Numbered from the stretch's first letter, positions 19,343 through 29,260 are shown. The stretch is DNA of 64,000 nt from an uncultured Alphaproteobacteria bacterium (GCA_902521325.1 CABYRE010000004.1:3743-67742); one strand, 5' to 3'. The notes: generated from the letters alone by a model not told the origin. Numbers and translations: made by a program.

Positions 19343-20422
19343 GTGGCAGATATAAATATAAATACTGTTAATAAATATTTTGGAGACGTCCATGTAATTA
19401 AGGATATTTCTCTTGATATAAAAAGTCAATCATTCACAGTTCTAGTTGGTCCAAGTGGTTGTGGTAAATCAACTATGTTAAGAATGATAGCAGGACTGGA
19501 AGACATTAATTCAGGTACAATTTCAATTGATGGCCAAGTAGTAAATGATTTACCGCCAAAACAAAGAAATATCGCAATGGTATTTCAATCGTATGCATTA
19601 TACCCTCACATGACTGTATTTGATAATATGGCTTTTGGTTTAAAATTAGAAAAAAGATCAAAAGATGAAATTAATGAAAGAGTTAATGAGGCAGCAAGAA
19701 TTCTTCAAATAGAAGATTATCTTCAAAGAAAACCAAAACAACTTTCAGGTGGTCAAAGACAGCGTGTTGCTATTGGAAGAGCAATTACTAGAAAGCCAAA
19801 AGTTTTCCTATTTGATGAACCGCTTTCAAACCTTGATGCTGCATTAAGGGTTCAAATGAGAGTTGAATTAGCAAAACTGCATAATGAACTAGAAGCAACA
19901 ATGATTTACGTTACACACGATCAGACAGAAGCTATGACCCTAGCTGATGATATTGTTGTACTTGATACAGGTATCGTTTCACAAAAAGGATCACCACTAG
20001 AACTTTATGATAAACCAAATAATATGTTTGTAGGTGGATTTATTGGATCCCCAAAAATGAATTTCATTTCAAGTAAGATATTAAGCAAAAGTTCTGATGC
20101 TACAGAAGTTGATATTATGGGAATGTCAAAAATATCAGTCTCAAAAATGTCAGCGTCATCCTCAGAGGGTGATTCAGTTACTTTAGGCATTAGACCAGAG
20201 CACTTAATAGTAAATGGTGATGCAGATGGATCTTGGGAAAGTAAAGTATTTGTTGTCGAAAAGCTTGGTGACGTTTCTTACCTATACCTTGAAAAAGATG
20301 GAGAGCCATTAGTTGCTGAAACTGAAGGACATTCAGAAATCAAAGTTGGTGATACTGTAAAAGTTGGATTCCCTGCTGGAAGATGCCAATTATTTGATAG
20401 TTCAGGCGAAGCATTTAAATAA
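19343..20422 (+). CDS. Sugar ABC transporter ATP-binding protein (MalK/UgpC/MsiK-like)
   Basis: Walker A GPSGCGKST, signature LSGGQRQR and Walker B LFDEPLS, plus a C-terminal regulatory/TOBE-like domain. Start set at the GTG 5 nt after AGGAGG. The ORF track lists a TTG at 19292. Confidence 0.9.
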   Translation: MADININTVNKYFGDVHVIKDISLDIKSQSFTVLVGPSGCGKSTMLRMIAGLEDINSGTISIDGQVVNDLPPKQRNIAMVFQSYALYPHMTVFDNMAFGLKLEKRSKDEINERVNEAARILQIEDYLQRKPKQLSGGQRQRVAIGRAITRKPKVFLFDEPLSNLDAALRVQMRVELAKLHNELEATMIYVTHDQTEAMTLADDIVVLDTGIVSQKGSPLELYDKPNNMFVGGFIGSPKMNFISSKILSKSSDATEVDIMGMSKISVSKMSASSSEGDSVTLGIRPEHLIVNGDADGSWESKVFVVEKLGDVSYLYLEKDGEPLVAETEGHSEIKVGDTVKVGFPAGRCQLFDSSGEAFK

Positions 20423-20437
20423 TAGAATCGTATTAAT

Positions 20438-20475
20438 TATTGCCCCTAATATAAGGGGCAATACATCCCTTTTTT
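20438..20475 (+). terminator. Probable rho-independent terminator of the CUT1 operon
   Basis: Stem TTATTGCCCCT / AGGGGCAATA(A) with a 6-nt loop. A T6 run starts 6 nt downstream. Confidence 0.55.
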
Positions 20476-20617
20476 AAAAATTTTAAATAAATATCATGAT
20501 TATAAACTATTATTATAATGGGCAGAGGGTTCATATTATTTCCTCCTATAAGAAGTATTCCTCTTATAAAACTTTTCTGCCCACCAAATTTGAAAAGTTA
20601 TTTAAGAGGGATACCAA

Positions 20618-21769
20618 TTATAGTTTTTGTTGAGCAGTCCAAGAATTTTTCCTATTTATGGGAATATGATTTTGAAGAGTTAAAAGAACATTTTCAGCTA
20701 ATTTCCTGTATGTTGTTAATTTCCCCCCATAAATGCTTAGTAAAGGTGCTTGTGAATCATCCTCATTTAAGTCAAATATATAGTCTCTAGTAACTTTTGA
20801 AGCTTCTTTGAAATCTTCAATAAGCGGTCTAATTCCAGAATAAGAATTGACGACATCATCTCTTGATATTTGTTTAACAAAATATTTATTTACTGAGTTT
20901 AATAAATAATCAATTTCACTTTCATCAATTTTAGGGTTTTCTGGAGAAAAAACTTCTGTTTCAGTAGTGCCAATAAGAGAATATTCATCTTTATACGGTA
21001 TTACAAAAATTATTCTGTTATCTTCATTTTGTAAAGTGAAAGCTTTTTTCTGACTGTAAAGACTTTTAGTTATTATATGACTACCTTTCACAAGTCGAAT
21101 TGATTTATTTGAATTTAATTTAATAACATTATTTAAAACTTCATTTATCCAAGGTCCAGCAGCATTAATAAGAATTTTTGATTTAAGTATAGTGTTATCA
21201 TCTAAAGTTATGTCCCAAATATTTTTATTTCGTTTTGCGTCTATAACTTTTCTATTTTGAATAATCATAGCACCTTTTTTCTTTGCATCTTCAACATTTA
21301 ACTGAACAAGTTTTTTATCATCAACTTGTAAATCATAATATTGGAAACCAATTTTAAATTGATCTTTTAAAATATTAGGAATTTCCTTTTTAATATTTAT
21401 AGTTGAAGATTTTGGTATAGTCATTTTGCCACCAATATTATCATATAAAAATAATCCTAATTTAATTAACCATTTAGGTCTTAAAGATTTTTGATGCGGT
21501 ATAATAAAAGGTAATGGTGTTGTTATATTACTGGCAATTTTTTTAATTACTTCTCTTTCCTTTAGAGATTCACGTACAAGGCGAAATTCATAATTTTCAA
21601 GATACCTTAATCCACCATGTATTAATTTTGTAGACCAAGACGAAGTGGCTGAGCCAACTGTGTTTTTTTCAACCAAACAAACTTTTAAATTTCTTCCTGA
21701 GGCGTCTCTTACAATTCCAGCACCATTAATACCCCCTCCAATAACTAGAATATCAAAAATTTCATTCAT
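20618..21769 (-). CDS. FAD-dependent glycerol-3-phosphate dehydrogenase-like oxidoreductase (GlpD type, short form)
   Basis: N-terminal DILVIGGGINGAG, plus KLIHGGLRYLE and GGKLTTYRKLAE blocks as in GlpD. At 383 aa it lacks the C-terminal domain. Confidence 0.8.
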   Translation of the reverse strand: MNEIFDILVIGGGINGAGIVRDASGRNLKVCLVEKNTVGSATSSWSTKLIHGGLRYLENYEFRLVRESLKEREVIKKIASNITTPLPFIIPHQKSLRPKWLIKLGLFLYDNIGGKMTIPKSSTINIKKEIPNILKDQFKIGFQYYDLQVDDKKLVQLNVEDAKKKGAMIIQNRKVIDAKRNKNIWDITLDDNTILKSKILINAAGPWINEVLNNVIKLNSNKSIRLVKGSHIITKSLYSQKKAFTLQNEDNRIIFVIPYKDEYSLIGTTETEVFSPENPKIDESEIDYLLNSVNKYFVKQISRDDVVNSYSGIRPLIEDFKEASKVTRDYIFDLNEDDSQAPLLSIYGGKLTTYRKLAENVLLTLQNHIPINRKNSWTAQQKL

Positions 21770-21776
21770 AATTAAA

Positions 21777-22367
21777 TTAAATAAATCTATTAATTTCTTG
21801 AATTATTATTTCAGGGTTAGTTAAATGTATAGTTAAAAAACCAAGTTTGTTTGCAGCCTCAATATTCTCTTTTTTATCATCTATAAAAACAGTTTCTTGT
21901 GGAATTAGATTAAAACGGTTTAATGCTAATTTATATATTTGAGCATCAGGTTTAACTAATTTTTCTTTTCCAGAAATTATTAAACCATCAAACTTATTTA
22001 AAAATGGGTATTTTTTATCCATACCTTGAAATGTTTCCCAGGACCAATTTGATAAAACATAACACTCATATTTATTACTTTTCAAATCATCTAAAACATT
22101 AACTGAATGCTGAAAGATTTTCCTGAACATTCTATGATGATTTTTATAATATAATTTTATTTTATCTTTATAATCAGGATAATTCTTTATTAGATCAGTT
22201 TCTGCATCTTTTATGAGTCTTCCAGCATCTTGTTGGATATTCCATTCATCATTACAAATATTATTAAGGAAATTATCTCTTTCTTCTTTATCTTTAAATA
22301 CATCTTTATAAAAATAATGAGGGTCCCAGTCAAAAAAAACACCTCCTAAATCAAAAAGAAATTTCAT
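21777..22367 (-). CDS. HAD-superfamily hydrolase/phosphatase
   Basis: Motif I FDLGGV at the N-terminus and motif IV FIDDKKEN near the C-terminus. Confidence 0.7.
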   Translation of the reverse strand: MKFLFDLGGVFFDWDPHYFYKDVFKDKEERDNFLNNICNDEWNIQQDAGRLIKDAETDLIKNYPDYKDKIKLYYKNHHRMFRKIFQHSVNVLDDLKSNKYECYVLSNWSWETFQGMDKKYPFLNKFDGLIISGKEKLVKPDAQIYKLALNRFNLIPQETVFIDDKKENIEAANKLGFLTIHLTNPEIIIQEINRFI

Positions 22368-22399
22368 GTATAAGTATTTTGTTTATAAATAAATATTAA

Positions 22400-23260
22400 A
22401 TGAGTGCATTAATAGACTATATTCAAATAGAAATACACAAAACATATAATAAAAAATATTCCAAAAAATACATAGAAGATAAATTAATTCCAATCATAAA
22501 TTATATTTGCTCTAGTAAATCAAAAAAATTCCTGTTTGGAGGGTCTCAGGGTATTGGAAAGTCATCATTTATTAATATCATCGCTAAAACTATTGAAAAA
22601 TTTTATAATAAAAAAATACTTTTGCTTAATTTAGATAATTATTATTTATCAAAAAAACAACGATTAATATTATCAAAACAAATACATCAATTGTTAATAA
22701 CTAGAGGTGTCCCAGGAACACATGATATTAAAAAATTGGTTAAAAATATAAAACAATTCAATAAAGGTAAATCCCCCATTACAATCCCCATATTTGATAA
22801 ATTGATTGATGACACATCTAAATCAACAAAAAAAACTAAAACTAAATATGATATTCTTTTCTTAGAAGGTTGGTGCTGTGGAAGTTCTGAAATTCCTAAA
22901 AAAATTCTATATAAAAATATAAATAATTTAGAAAAAATTAAAGATCCAAGATATCAATGGAGAAATTTCTATAATAATAAATTAAAATTAGAATATAAAA
23001 AATTATTTAAACTATTTGATGAACTTATTTTTTTAAAAACATCCTCTTTTGATAATGTTTTTAAATGGCGGTTAAAGCAGGAAAAAACTAATCAATCAAA
23101 AAATAAAAAATCGAAAAGAATGACTCCAAATGAAATTAAAATTTTTATTCAACATTATGAGAAGATAACTAAATGGATGTTAAAGGATTTAAACAAAAAA
23201 GCTCAAATCGTTATTAAATTTGAAAAAAATCATAAAATTTCCTCAATAAATTTTAACTAG
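22400..23260 (+). CDS. P-loop kinase, D-glycerate 3-kinase-like (COG4240 type)
   Basis: Walker A GGSQGIGKSSF, a RGVPGTHD block and LEGWCCG resemble the plant/cyanobacterial GLYK and yeast Tda10 family. Recalled from memory. Confidence 0.55.
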   Translation: MSALIDYIQIEIHKTYNKKYSKKYIEDKLIPIINYICSSKSKKFLFGGSQGIGKSSFINIIAKTIEKFYNKKILLLNLDNYYLSKKQRLILSKQIHQLLITRGVPGTHDIKKLVKNIKQFNKGKSPITIPIFDKLIDDTSKSTKKTKTKYDILFLEGWCCGSSEIPKKILYKNINNLEKIKDPRYQWRNFYNNKLKLEYKKLFKLFDELIFLKTSSFDNVFKWRLKQEKTNQSKNKKSKRMTPNEIKIFIQHYEKITKWMLKDLNKKAQIVIKFEKNHKISSINFN

Positions 23261-23715
23261 AAGAAAATCCATCTTTTTACAGAATCACAATATCTTTCAA
23301 ATTCATCTCCAAATTTATCTTTTAAATACTTTTCCTCTTCATATATGACAAAATTATTTAACCAAAAAAATAATCCAATGGAGCAAAGAAAATACATAAT
23401 ATTTTCAAAAGTAAGAAACATTCCAAAATGAAATAAAACAAAACACAGATAAATTGGGTTTCGAGAATAAGCAAAAATTCCCGTTTTTATAATTTTATTT
23501 GTTTCAGTTTGTGGAAGTAATTTCTCTTCATGCGCGTTAAATGCATTTCGTGAAGAAAAAAATACAATTGGCATTAATATTATAATTAATATTCCTAAAA
23601 GATTAAGGATATACAACAGTGGATATTTAGGGAAAATAAATTCGCCTAAAATGTAGGAGGCTATTAAAAGATAAACTGAAATATACAGTGGATTGCCTTT
23701 TACATCTGGTCCCAT
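23257..23715 (-). CDS. Membrane methyltransferase family protein (isoprenylcysteine carboxyl / phospholipid methyltransferase-like)
   Basis: About four hydrophobic segments. Blocks GIFAYSRNPIYL and EEKYL resemble ICMT/PEMT family motifs. Confidence 0.55.
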   Translation of the reverse strand: MGPDVKGNPLYISVYLLIASYILGEFIFPKYPLLYILNLLGILIIILMPIVFFSSRNAFNAHEEKLLPQTETNKIIKTGIFAYSRNPIYLCFVLFHFGMFLTFENIMYFLCSIGLFFWLNNFVIYEEEKYLKDKFGDEFERYCDSVKRWIFF

Positions 23716-24375
23716 TTAAAGTTCCTCTATTGCCTTACCTAGACTTTCATAATCACTAAATACATTCAAAGCACCATTGTCAAATAATTCATTTTTCTCT
23801 CTATTTGAATGCCAATGTTTTCCTGCAGTAAGACCAAATACTCTTATTTTTGCTGCAGTAGCTGCTTTAACACCTACTCCACTATCTTCAATAATGACTG
23901 TTTCTTCTCTATCAAGTGAATTATCATTTAAAACCTTTAAGTATATATCTGGATCAGGTTTTGGTCTTTTAACCATATCAAATGAGTAAACCTGATCACT
24001 TAAAAATGTTTTATCTAAACCAACAATTTTCAAACCATCCAGAATTCTGTCTTTATTACTATTAGATCCAATGTAGTGATTTCTATCTGATTTACTAATA
24101 TAATCTTTTGCTCCTTCAACTAATTTTAAATCCTTTGAAAAGACCTCTGAAACAATCTCATATATTTCATTTGTAAATTTTTTTTTATTTTCAATATTAT
24201 ATTTTGCAGATAATAAATTTATTACTTCAACGGTTTTATTTCCAGCGTATTTATAAAATTGTTCCTCTTTAAAAGAATGACCAAATTTTTTAAAATATTT
24301 TGAAAATGCTTTAGAGACCAAAACTTCACTATCAACTATTACACCATCAAAATCAAAAATTATATTTTTAATCAT
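23716..24375 (-). CDS. HAD-superfamily hydrolase (beta-phosphoglucomutase / sugar-phosphatase-like)
   Basis: Motif I IIFDFDGVIVDSE and motif IV IEDSGVGVKAA. Confidence 0.75.
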   Translation of the reverse strand: MIKNIIFDFDGVIVDSEVLVSKAFSKYFKKFGHSFKEEQFYKYAGNKTVEVINLLSAKYNIENKKKFTNEIYEIVSEVFSKDLKLVEGAKDYISKSDRNHYIGSNSNKDRILDGLKIVGLDKTFLSDQVYSFDMVKRPKPDPDIYLKVLNDNSLDREETVIIEDSGVGVKAATAAKIRVFGLTAGKHWHSNREKNELFDNGALNVFSDYESLGKAIEEL

Positions 24376-24376
24376 T

Positions 24377-25477
24377 TTATATTTCTGTCTTTTTATATTC
24401 TGATTTATCTAACCAGTCAGGATTAATCTCGATACCCCAACCAGGAGTATCTTCGATTTTAACCATTCCGTTAGATATTTTAAAAGGATCACCTATAAAT
24501 AAATTCTGTTGCCATGGATAATAATCTTTACCCTCAATTGAAAATTCAAGATAGGGTCCTGAATTATTTATTGCTTTTAAAAAATGCATTGTGCAGATTG
24601 TTACTAAAGATAAATTAGCAGTATGTGGAGTGCATATAAAACCGCCTTTTTCAATAATTTTAGCGACCTTTAAAGCTTTTGTTAATCCTCCCATATACAT
24701 AACATCTGGCTGAAAAATATTTACAATTTTTCTGTTAACCATATCTCTCCAAATTCGCAGATCACAATCCTGTTCTCCCCCAGTTACATCTATCTTCAAA
24801 CTATCAGTAACCTTTTTGGTTTCTGCTGGCTTCCAGTAAGGACAAGGTTCTTCAAAATGAGTGACATTATTGTCTTCTAAAAGTTTGCCAATTTCTATTG
24901 CTTGATTAGAGTTATAGCAACTATTAGCGTCTACCATTTTAATTACACTTTTATCTAAAGATGAGTTTATTGTTTTTACTATACTAGCCGTTCTTCCTTC
25001 CCATTCATCAATCCCCCTTCCACATTCAGAGCCAACTCTAAATTTAAATGCATTAATGCCTTTTTCATCAAAGAGTTTTTTAAATCTATTTGCTTCATCA
25101 TCTGGTGTAATATCTCTTTTCATTGATGAACCATAAATTCTTAAATTACCAGGAGACCCTCCTATCAATGAAACTACAGGTTTACTTTCAATTTTACCTT
25201 TCAAATCCCACAACGCTGTATCTAAACCAGCAATTGCACGTAAAAGATATGATCCTGGAAATTTATGCTCTCTTTCAAAGATAAAATCTTCTAAATCATC
25301 AAAATCAAAATACTCTTTTCCTAAAACCCAGGGTGCTACTTGTTTGTGAAAAATTTGAGCTGTGATATCTGCATGATAAGTTGACATTTGACCATAACCA
25401 ATTGAACCATCCTCAACTGTTATTTTTACAAAACTTACATATGGTTTTGTGAATGTTTCAAGTTTAACAATTTTCAT
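24377..25477 (-). CDS. Enolase-superfamily enzyme (mandelate racemase/muconate lactonizing family, probable acid-sugar dehydratase)
   Basis: Metal-ligand pattern MVDAN / FEEP / GGEQD with N-terminal capping-domain architecture. Confidence 0.8.
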   Translation of the reverse strand: MKIVKLETFTKPYVSFVKITVEDGSIGYGQMSTYHADITAQIFHKQVAPWVLGKEYFDFDDLEDFIFEREHKFPGSYLLRAIAGLDTALWDLKGKIESKPVVSLIGGSPGNLRIYGSSMKRDITPDDEANRFKKLFDEKGINAFKFRVGSECGRGIDEWEGRTASIVKTINSSLDKSVIKMVDANSCYNSNQAIEIGKLLEDNNVTHFEEPCPYWKPAETKKVTDSLKIDVTGGEQDCDLRIWRDMVNRKIVNIFQPDVMYMGGLTKALKVAKIIEKGGFICTPHTANLSLVTICTMHFLKAINNSGPYLEFSIEGKDYYPWQQNLFIGDPFKISNGMVKIEDTPGWGIEINPDWLDKSEYKKTEI

Positions 25478-25480
25478 AAA

Positions 25481-27094
25481 TTAAATCTTATTTAAATCCT
25501 CAATAATAAATTTACTTCCAAGATTAGCAAGCATCATTACAGGGGCATTTATATTACCAGAAGTAATATTTGGAAAAACAGATGCATCAGCAATCCAAAG
25601 ATTCTCCATTCCATGAACTTTTAATCTTTCAGAAACAACTCCCTTTTTAGGGTCTTCATCCATTTTACAAGTACCACACGGATGATAAATAGAAACTGCA
25701 TTAGATTTAAAGTGATCAATCATTTCTTCTTCAGTAGCATTTAAAAGATCATGAGTAACACTTTCATTTCTTATTTTTTTTATACTATTTGTATTCGCCA
25801 AAACTTTAGAAAAATTAATTGCACATTTAACATCATATATATCTTCTTCATGTGATAGAAAATTTGGATCAATCACAGGTGCATCATCAAAATTAGGAGA
25901 GTTCAATGCAACTCTACCCAAACTTTTTGGTCGACAAGAATTATAACCAATAATAAAACCATTAAATTTGTCTGTTTTTAGAAGAGGTCTTTTATTTCTA
26001 TGAGTGATAGAATAAGTTAACGGATTAAAATAAATCTGTAAGTTGGGATAATGATGTTTTGAATGCCAATTTACATATCCCCCAGACTGATTAATACTTA
26101 GTGATAATGGTCCTTTCCTATTATAAATATATTTTAACACAGAAGTAATTCTGCCTGGCCAAGTTCCTAAGGATTTATTTAGTGAATGATGATGCGTTTT
26201 AAATAAATAATCTAACCCAAGATGATCCTGAAAATTTCTTCCAACATTAGAATTATCAATTATTATTTCTTTATCAAATTTTTTTAAATGCTCTTTGTCA
26301 CCAATACCAGAATGCATTAACAAGTAAGGTGTCATTATTGAGCCAGAACATAAAATTGCTCCATGAGATAGGTGTATTATTTGTTCTATTGATTTATTTT
26401 GAATTTTAATACCAATAATTTTTTTATCTTTAATTATTAAATTTTTAACTAGAGTATTGTCTAATATTGTTAGTCTAGGATTTTTTAATACAGGCTTTAA
26501 AAAAACTTTTGATGATGAATGTCTAGTACCGTTGTAAGTATTAATATTATAATGACCTACTTGATTTTCGATTGATGTAGTTAAATTTGTATTTTTTTTA
26601 ATACCAATTTCATTACTAGCATCAAAAAAATATTCTAAAATTGGATGATGATGCTTACTTACATTATTTACTGGAATCTTTTCTTTTGTAAGAAATTCTT
26701 TATCATCATTTATTTGTTGCTCCATAGAACTGTATACTTTTTTTATATTTTCAAAACTCCATTCCTTGTTCTTACCCCAATTCTCATAATCTGTTTTTAA
26801 TCCTCTTGCATACACCATTGCGTTTATTGAGCCAGAACCACCTAAAACTTTACCTCTCGGATAATATATTTGCCTTTTCCATAAATTATCTTGTTTTTCT
26901 GAATAGAAGTTCCAATTAATTTTTTTATTATAAAATGTCATTCCATAACCAAGAGGAACATCAATAATAGGATTGTTATCTTTTGGTCCAGCCTCAATAA
27001 GGACTATATTAAAATTAGTTTCATTAAGAAGTTTATTTGCTATTATACTTCCTGCAGAGCCTGCACCAATAATTGCTATATCAATATTATTCAA
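25481..27094 (-). CDS. GMC-family FAD oxidoreductase (choline/sugar dehydrogenase-like)
   Basis: N-terminal IIGAGSAGS, plus GGSGSINAMVY and the C-terminal HPCGTCKM active-site region. Confidence 0.88.
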   Translation of the reverse strand: MNNIDIAIIGAGSAGSIIANKLLNETNFNIVLIEAGPKDNNPIIDVPLGYGMTFYNKKINWNFYSEKQDNLWKRQIYYPRGKVLGGSGSINAMVYARGLKTDYENWGKNKEWSFENIKKVYSSMEQQINDDKEFLTKEKIPVNNVSKHHHPILEYFFDASNEIGIKKNTNLTTSIENQVGHYNINTYNGTRHSSSKVFLKPVLKNPRLTILDNTLVKNLIIKDKKIIGIKIQNKSIEQIIHLSHGAILCSGSIMTPYLLMHSGIGDKEHLKKFDKEIIIDNSNVGRNFQDHLGLDYLFKTHHHSLNKSLGTWPGRITSVLKYIYNRKGPLSLSINQSGGYVNWHSKHHYPNLQIYFNPLTYSITHRNKRPLLKTDKFNGFIIGYNSCRPKSLGRVALNSPNFDDAPVIDPNFLSHEEDIYDVKCAINFSKVLANTNSIKKIRNESVTHDLLNATEEEMIDHFKSNAVSIYHPCGTCKMDEDPKKGVVSERLKVHGMENLWIADASVFPNITSGNINAPVMMLANLGSKFIIEDLNKI

Positions 27095-27095
27095 A

Positions 27096-28118
27096 TTAGA
27101 ATGTTTGTGTTACTTTAGTTAAATATCTAGGATTGTCTGGATCTAATCCCTTTTCAAAAGAGTAATTAACAACCCATGGATAAAATTTTGATAGTACTAT
27201 TATTGGATCTAATTCTATCATTTCATTAGTGTTATATCTTAATTTTGTATTTGAGTTTTTATCATAGGTAATTTCATAGTGAAGATTAGTTAGTGAAATA
27301 ATTTGACTAGAATCTTTTGCTACTATCATCCCACTTTTATCTCTAAGCGATATAGTAAATAACTTGAATGAGTTTTCTATCAAGCTTTTTGGACCATGCA
27401 TTACTTCAGCGCTACTAAAAGGTTCTATCATTTCTTGACATAACTCTTTAAACTTTAAAGATATTTCATTAGAAATTGCGTATCCAACACCCCTACTAAT
27501 TATATATCCATTACTTATCGTTTTATCTAATATATTTGGACTCCATTGATTTTGATTATCTAAAATTAAATGATCGCTTAGCTTTTCAATTTGCTTATTA
27601 ATATCTTTTTTATTTAGAGTATTAAAAACAAGCTTTAAAATTATCAATAAAGACAAAACAAAAGTTTTTGTTGCTGCAACACTTTTTTCTTCTCCTGCAT
27701 TTATATCAAAAAAATAATTGGATGTTTTTATAATGGGGCTATTTAAATTGTTACTTATTAATATGGTCTTTGCTCCCATTTTTTGGACCATTTTATGACA
27801 TTCGACTAAATCTTCACTTTTTCCAGATTGAGAAATAATGAAAACCAGTGCTCTTGAAAAATCAAATTTTGATTCCTCTAAAGTTATTATAGACGGAGGC
27901 ATGCTATATGTTGGTAAACCAAGATATTTTGCAAACATATAAGACAAATAAAGAGCTGCACAATCTGAAGTACCTCTTGCCACAGTTACAACATAATCAA
28001 TTTTTTTTTCTGATATTAAATTTGATATTTCTTGGTAATTATTTTTATCATTCAAGCTAAAATGATTAATTTTATTTGGAATTGAGAGTGCTTCGGATAA
28101 AACTTGAGAACTAGACAT
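27096..28118 (-). CDS. Double-SIS-domain sugar-phosphate isomerase/deaminase (GlmS C-terminal-like; AgaS / NagB-II type)
   Basis: Two SIS repeats (VARGTSD... and ISQSGKSEDL). 8-nt overlap with nagA. Confidence 0.75.
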   Translation of the reverse strand: MSSSQVLSEALSIPNKINHFSLNDKNNYQEISNLISEKKIDYVVTVARGTSDCAALYLSYMFAKYLGLPTYSMPPSIITLEESKFDFSRALVFIISQSGKSEDLVECHKMVQKMGAKTILISNNLNSPIIKTSNYFFDINAGEEKSVAATKTFVLSLLIILKLVFNTLNKKDINKQIEKLSDHLILDNQNQWSPNILDKTISNGYIISRGVGYAISNEISLKFKELCQEMIEPFSSAEVMHGPKSLIENSFKLFTISLRDKSGMIVAKDSSQIISLTNLHYEITYDKNSNTKLRYNTNEMIELDPIIVLSKFYPWVVNYSFEKGLDPDNPRYLTKVTQTF

Positions 28119-29205
28119 TAATTTTTTTTCCTCTTAAATAAACTTCTTTTAGGTTAAATTCTTTATCTAAAATAAGAAAATTACTTAAAAAATTTTTTTG
28201 AATTATACCAATATTATCTAGATTCAAATATTTAGAAGCATTATAACTAGTTAAAGCAACTGCTTCTTCTAATGAAAAATCCATTGATATTAAATTTTTA
28301 AAAGTTTGATCCATAGTAACAATACTTCCTGCTAAAGTACCATCAGACTTAATTTTTACTGAATTATTTTCTTTTTTTATATTATTTTTTGCAAAAATAT
28401 ATTCTCCATCATTCAGTCCGCTTGCGTTAATAGAATCTGTTATTGTATACAAACCAGGAATACATTTTTTTGCAATTTTTATTGCTTCTTTACTAACATG
28501 AATATTATCACAAATTATTTCAGCATATTTTCCTTTTGAAAGAGCAGCTGATAAAACTCCTGGGGATCTATGATCATTACCAGACATAGCATTATACAAA
28601 TGTGTAAAACCAATTTCATGATCTTTCATAATTTTTTCACAGCAATCAAAGTCTGCCAAAGTGTGACCAAATTGAATCTTAATATTTAACTCCACTAAAT
28701 CATTTATAAATTCTTGCATTCCATCAATTTCTGGAGCTAAAGTAATGATTTTTACATCAGAAATTTCAAGAATTTTTTTTATAAAATCTAAAGATGGTTT
28801 CTCAGTTAAATTTGGTTGAGCACCAAGTTTATTAGGATTTATAAAAGGTCCCTCTAAATGAACTCCAAGAATATTATTACCATTATCTCTCTTTATTTCC
28901 TTAAATCCTTTTAACGCTGTAATAGTATTTTTTAAGGTATTAGTCCAAGTAGTTGGCATTATTGAAGTTGTCCCATGCCGTAAATGATATTTTGACATTT
29001 CAATAATTGATTGTGAGCCCTCCATTACATCAAAACCATTACCACCATGACAATGGAGATCAACAAATCCAGGAATTATAATATTATCATAATCTACAGA
29101 GTCTTTTATTTTCAAGTCGATAATTTTTTCGTTGAAAAATATATCTCCAACATATGAAGAGTTATGATTTATAATTTTCCCACTAATTTTATTTTGATCA
29201 GTCAT
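28111..29205 (-). CDS. nagA: N-acetylglucosamine-6-phosphate deacetylase
   Basis: Motifs DLHCHGG, HLEGPF and THLYNAM match NagA. Confidence 0.88.
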   Translation of the reverse strand: MTDQNKISGKIINHNSSYVGDIFFNEKIIDLKIKDSVDYDNIIIPGFVDLHCHGGNGFDVMEGSQSIIEMSKYHLRHGTTSIMPTTWTNTLKNTITALKGFKEIKRDNGNNILGVHLEGPFINPNKLGAQPNLTEKPSLDFIKKILEISDVKIITLAPEIDGMQEFINDLVELNIKIQFGHTLADFDCCEKIMKDHEIGFTHLYNAMSGNDHRSPGVLSAALSKGKYAEIICDNIHVSKEAIKIAKKCIPGLYTITDSINASGLNDGEYIFAKNNIKKENNSVKIKSDGTLAGSIVTMDQTFKNLISMDFSLEEAVALTSYNASKYLNLDNIGIIQKNFLSNFLILDKEFNLKEVYLRGKKINV

Positions 29206-29260
29206 CTAACTTTAATATCTTATATAGCAATTTCTTGATTTTTAAAAAAATTTAAAAAAC

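Noticed and set aside
20423-20617. The spacer as a decayed remnant of the missing GlpD C-terminal domain
   Set aside because: The frame continuing after the stop gives only LVSLLNNFSNLVGRKVL before another stop and shows no resemblance to the GlpD C-terminal region. The spacer is also about half the length needed.
20518-20790. 90-aa plus-strand ORF spanning the spacer and the 3' end of the glpD-like gene
   Set aside because: Two thirds of it overlaps the well-supported minus-strand gene. It has no SD and no recognisable motif. The spacer part is better explained by the hairpin and small-ORF element on the minus strand.
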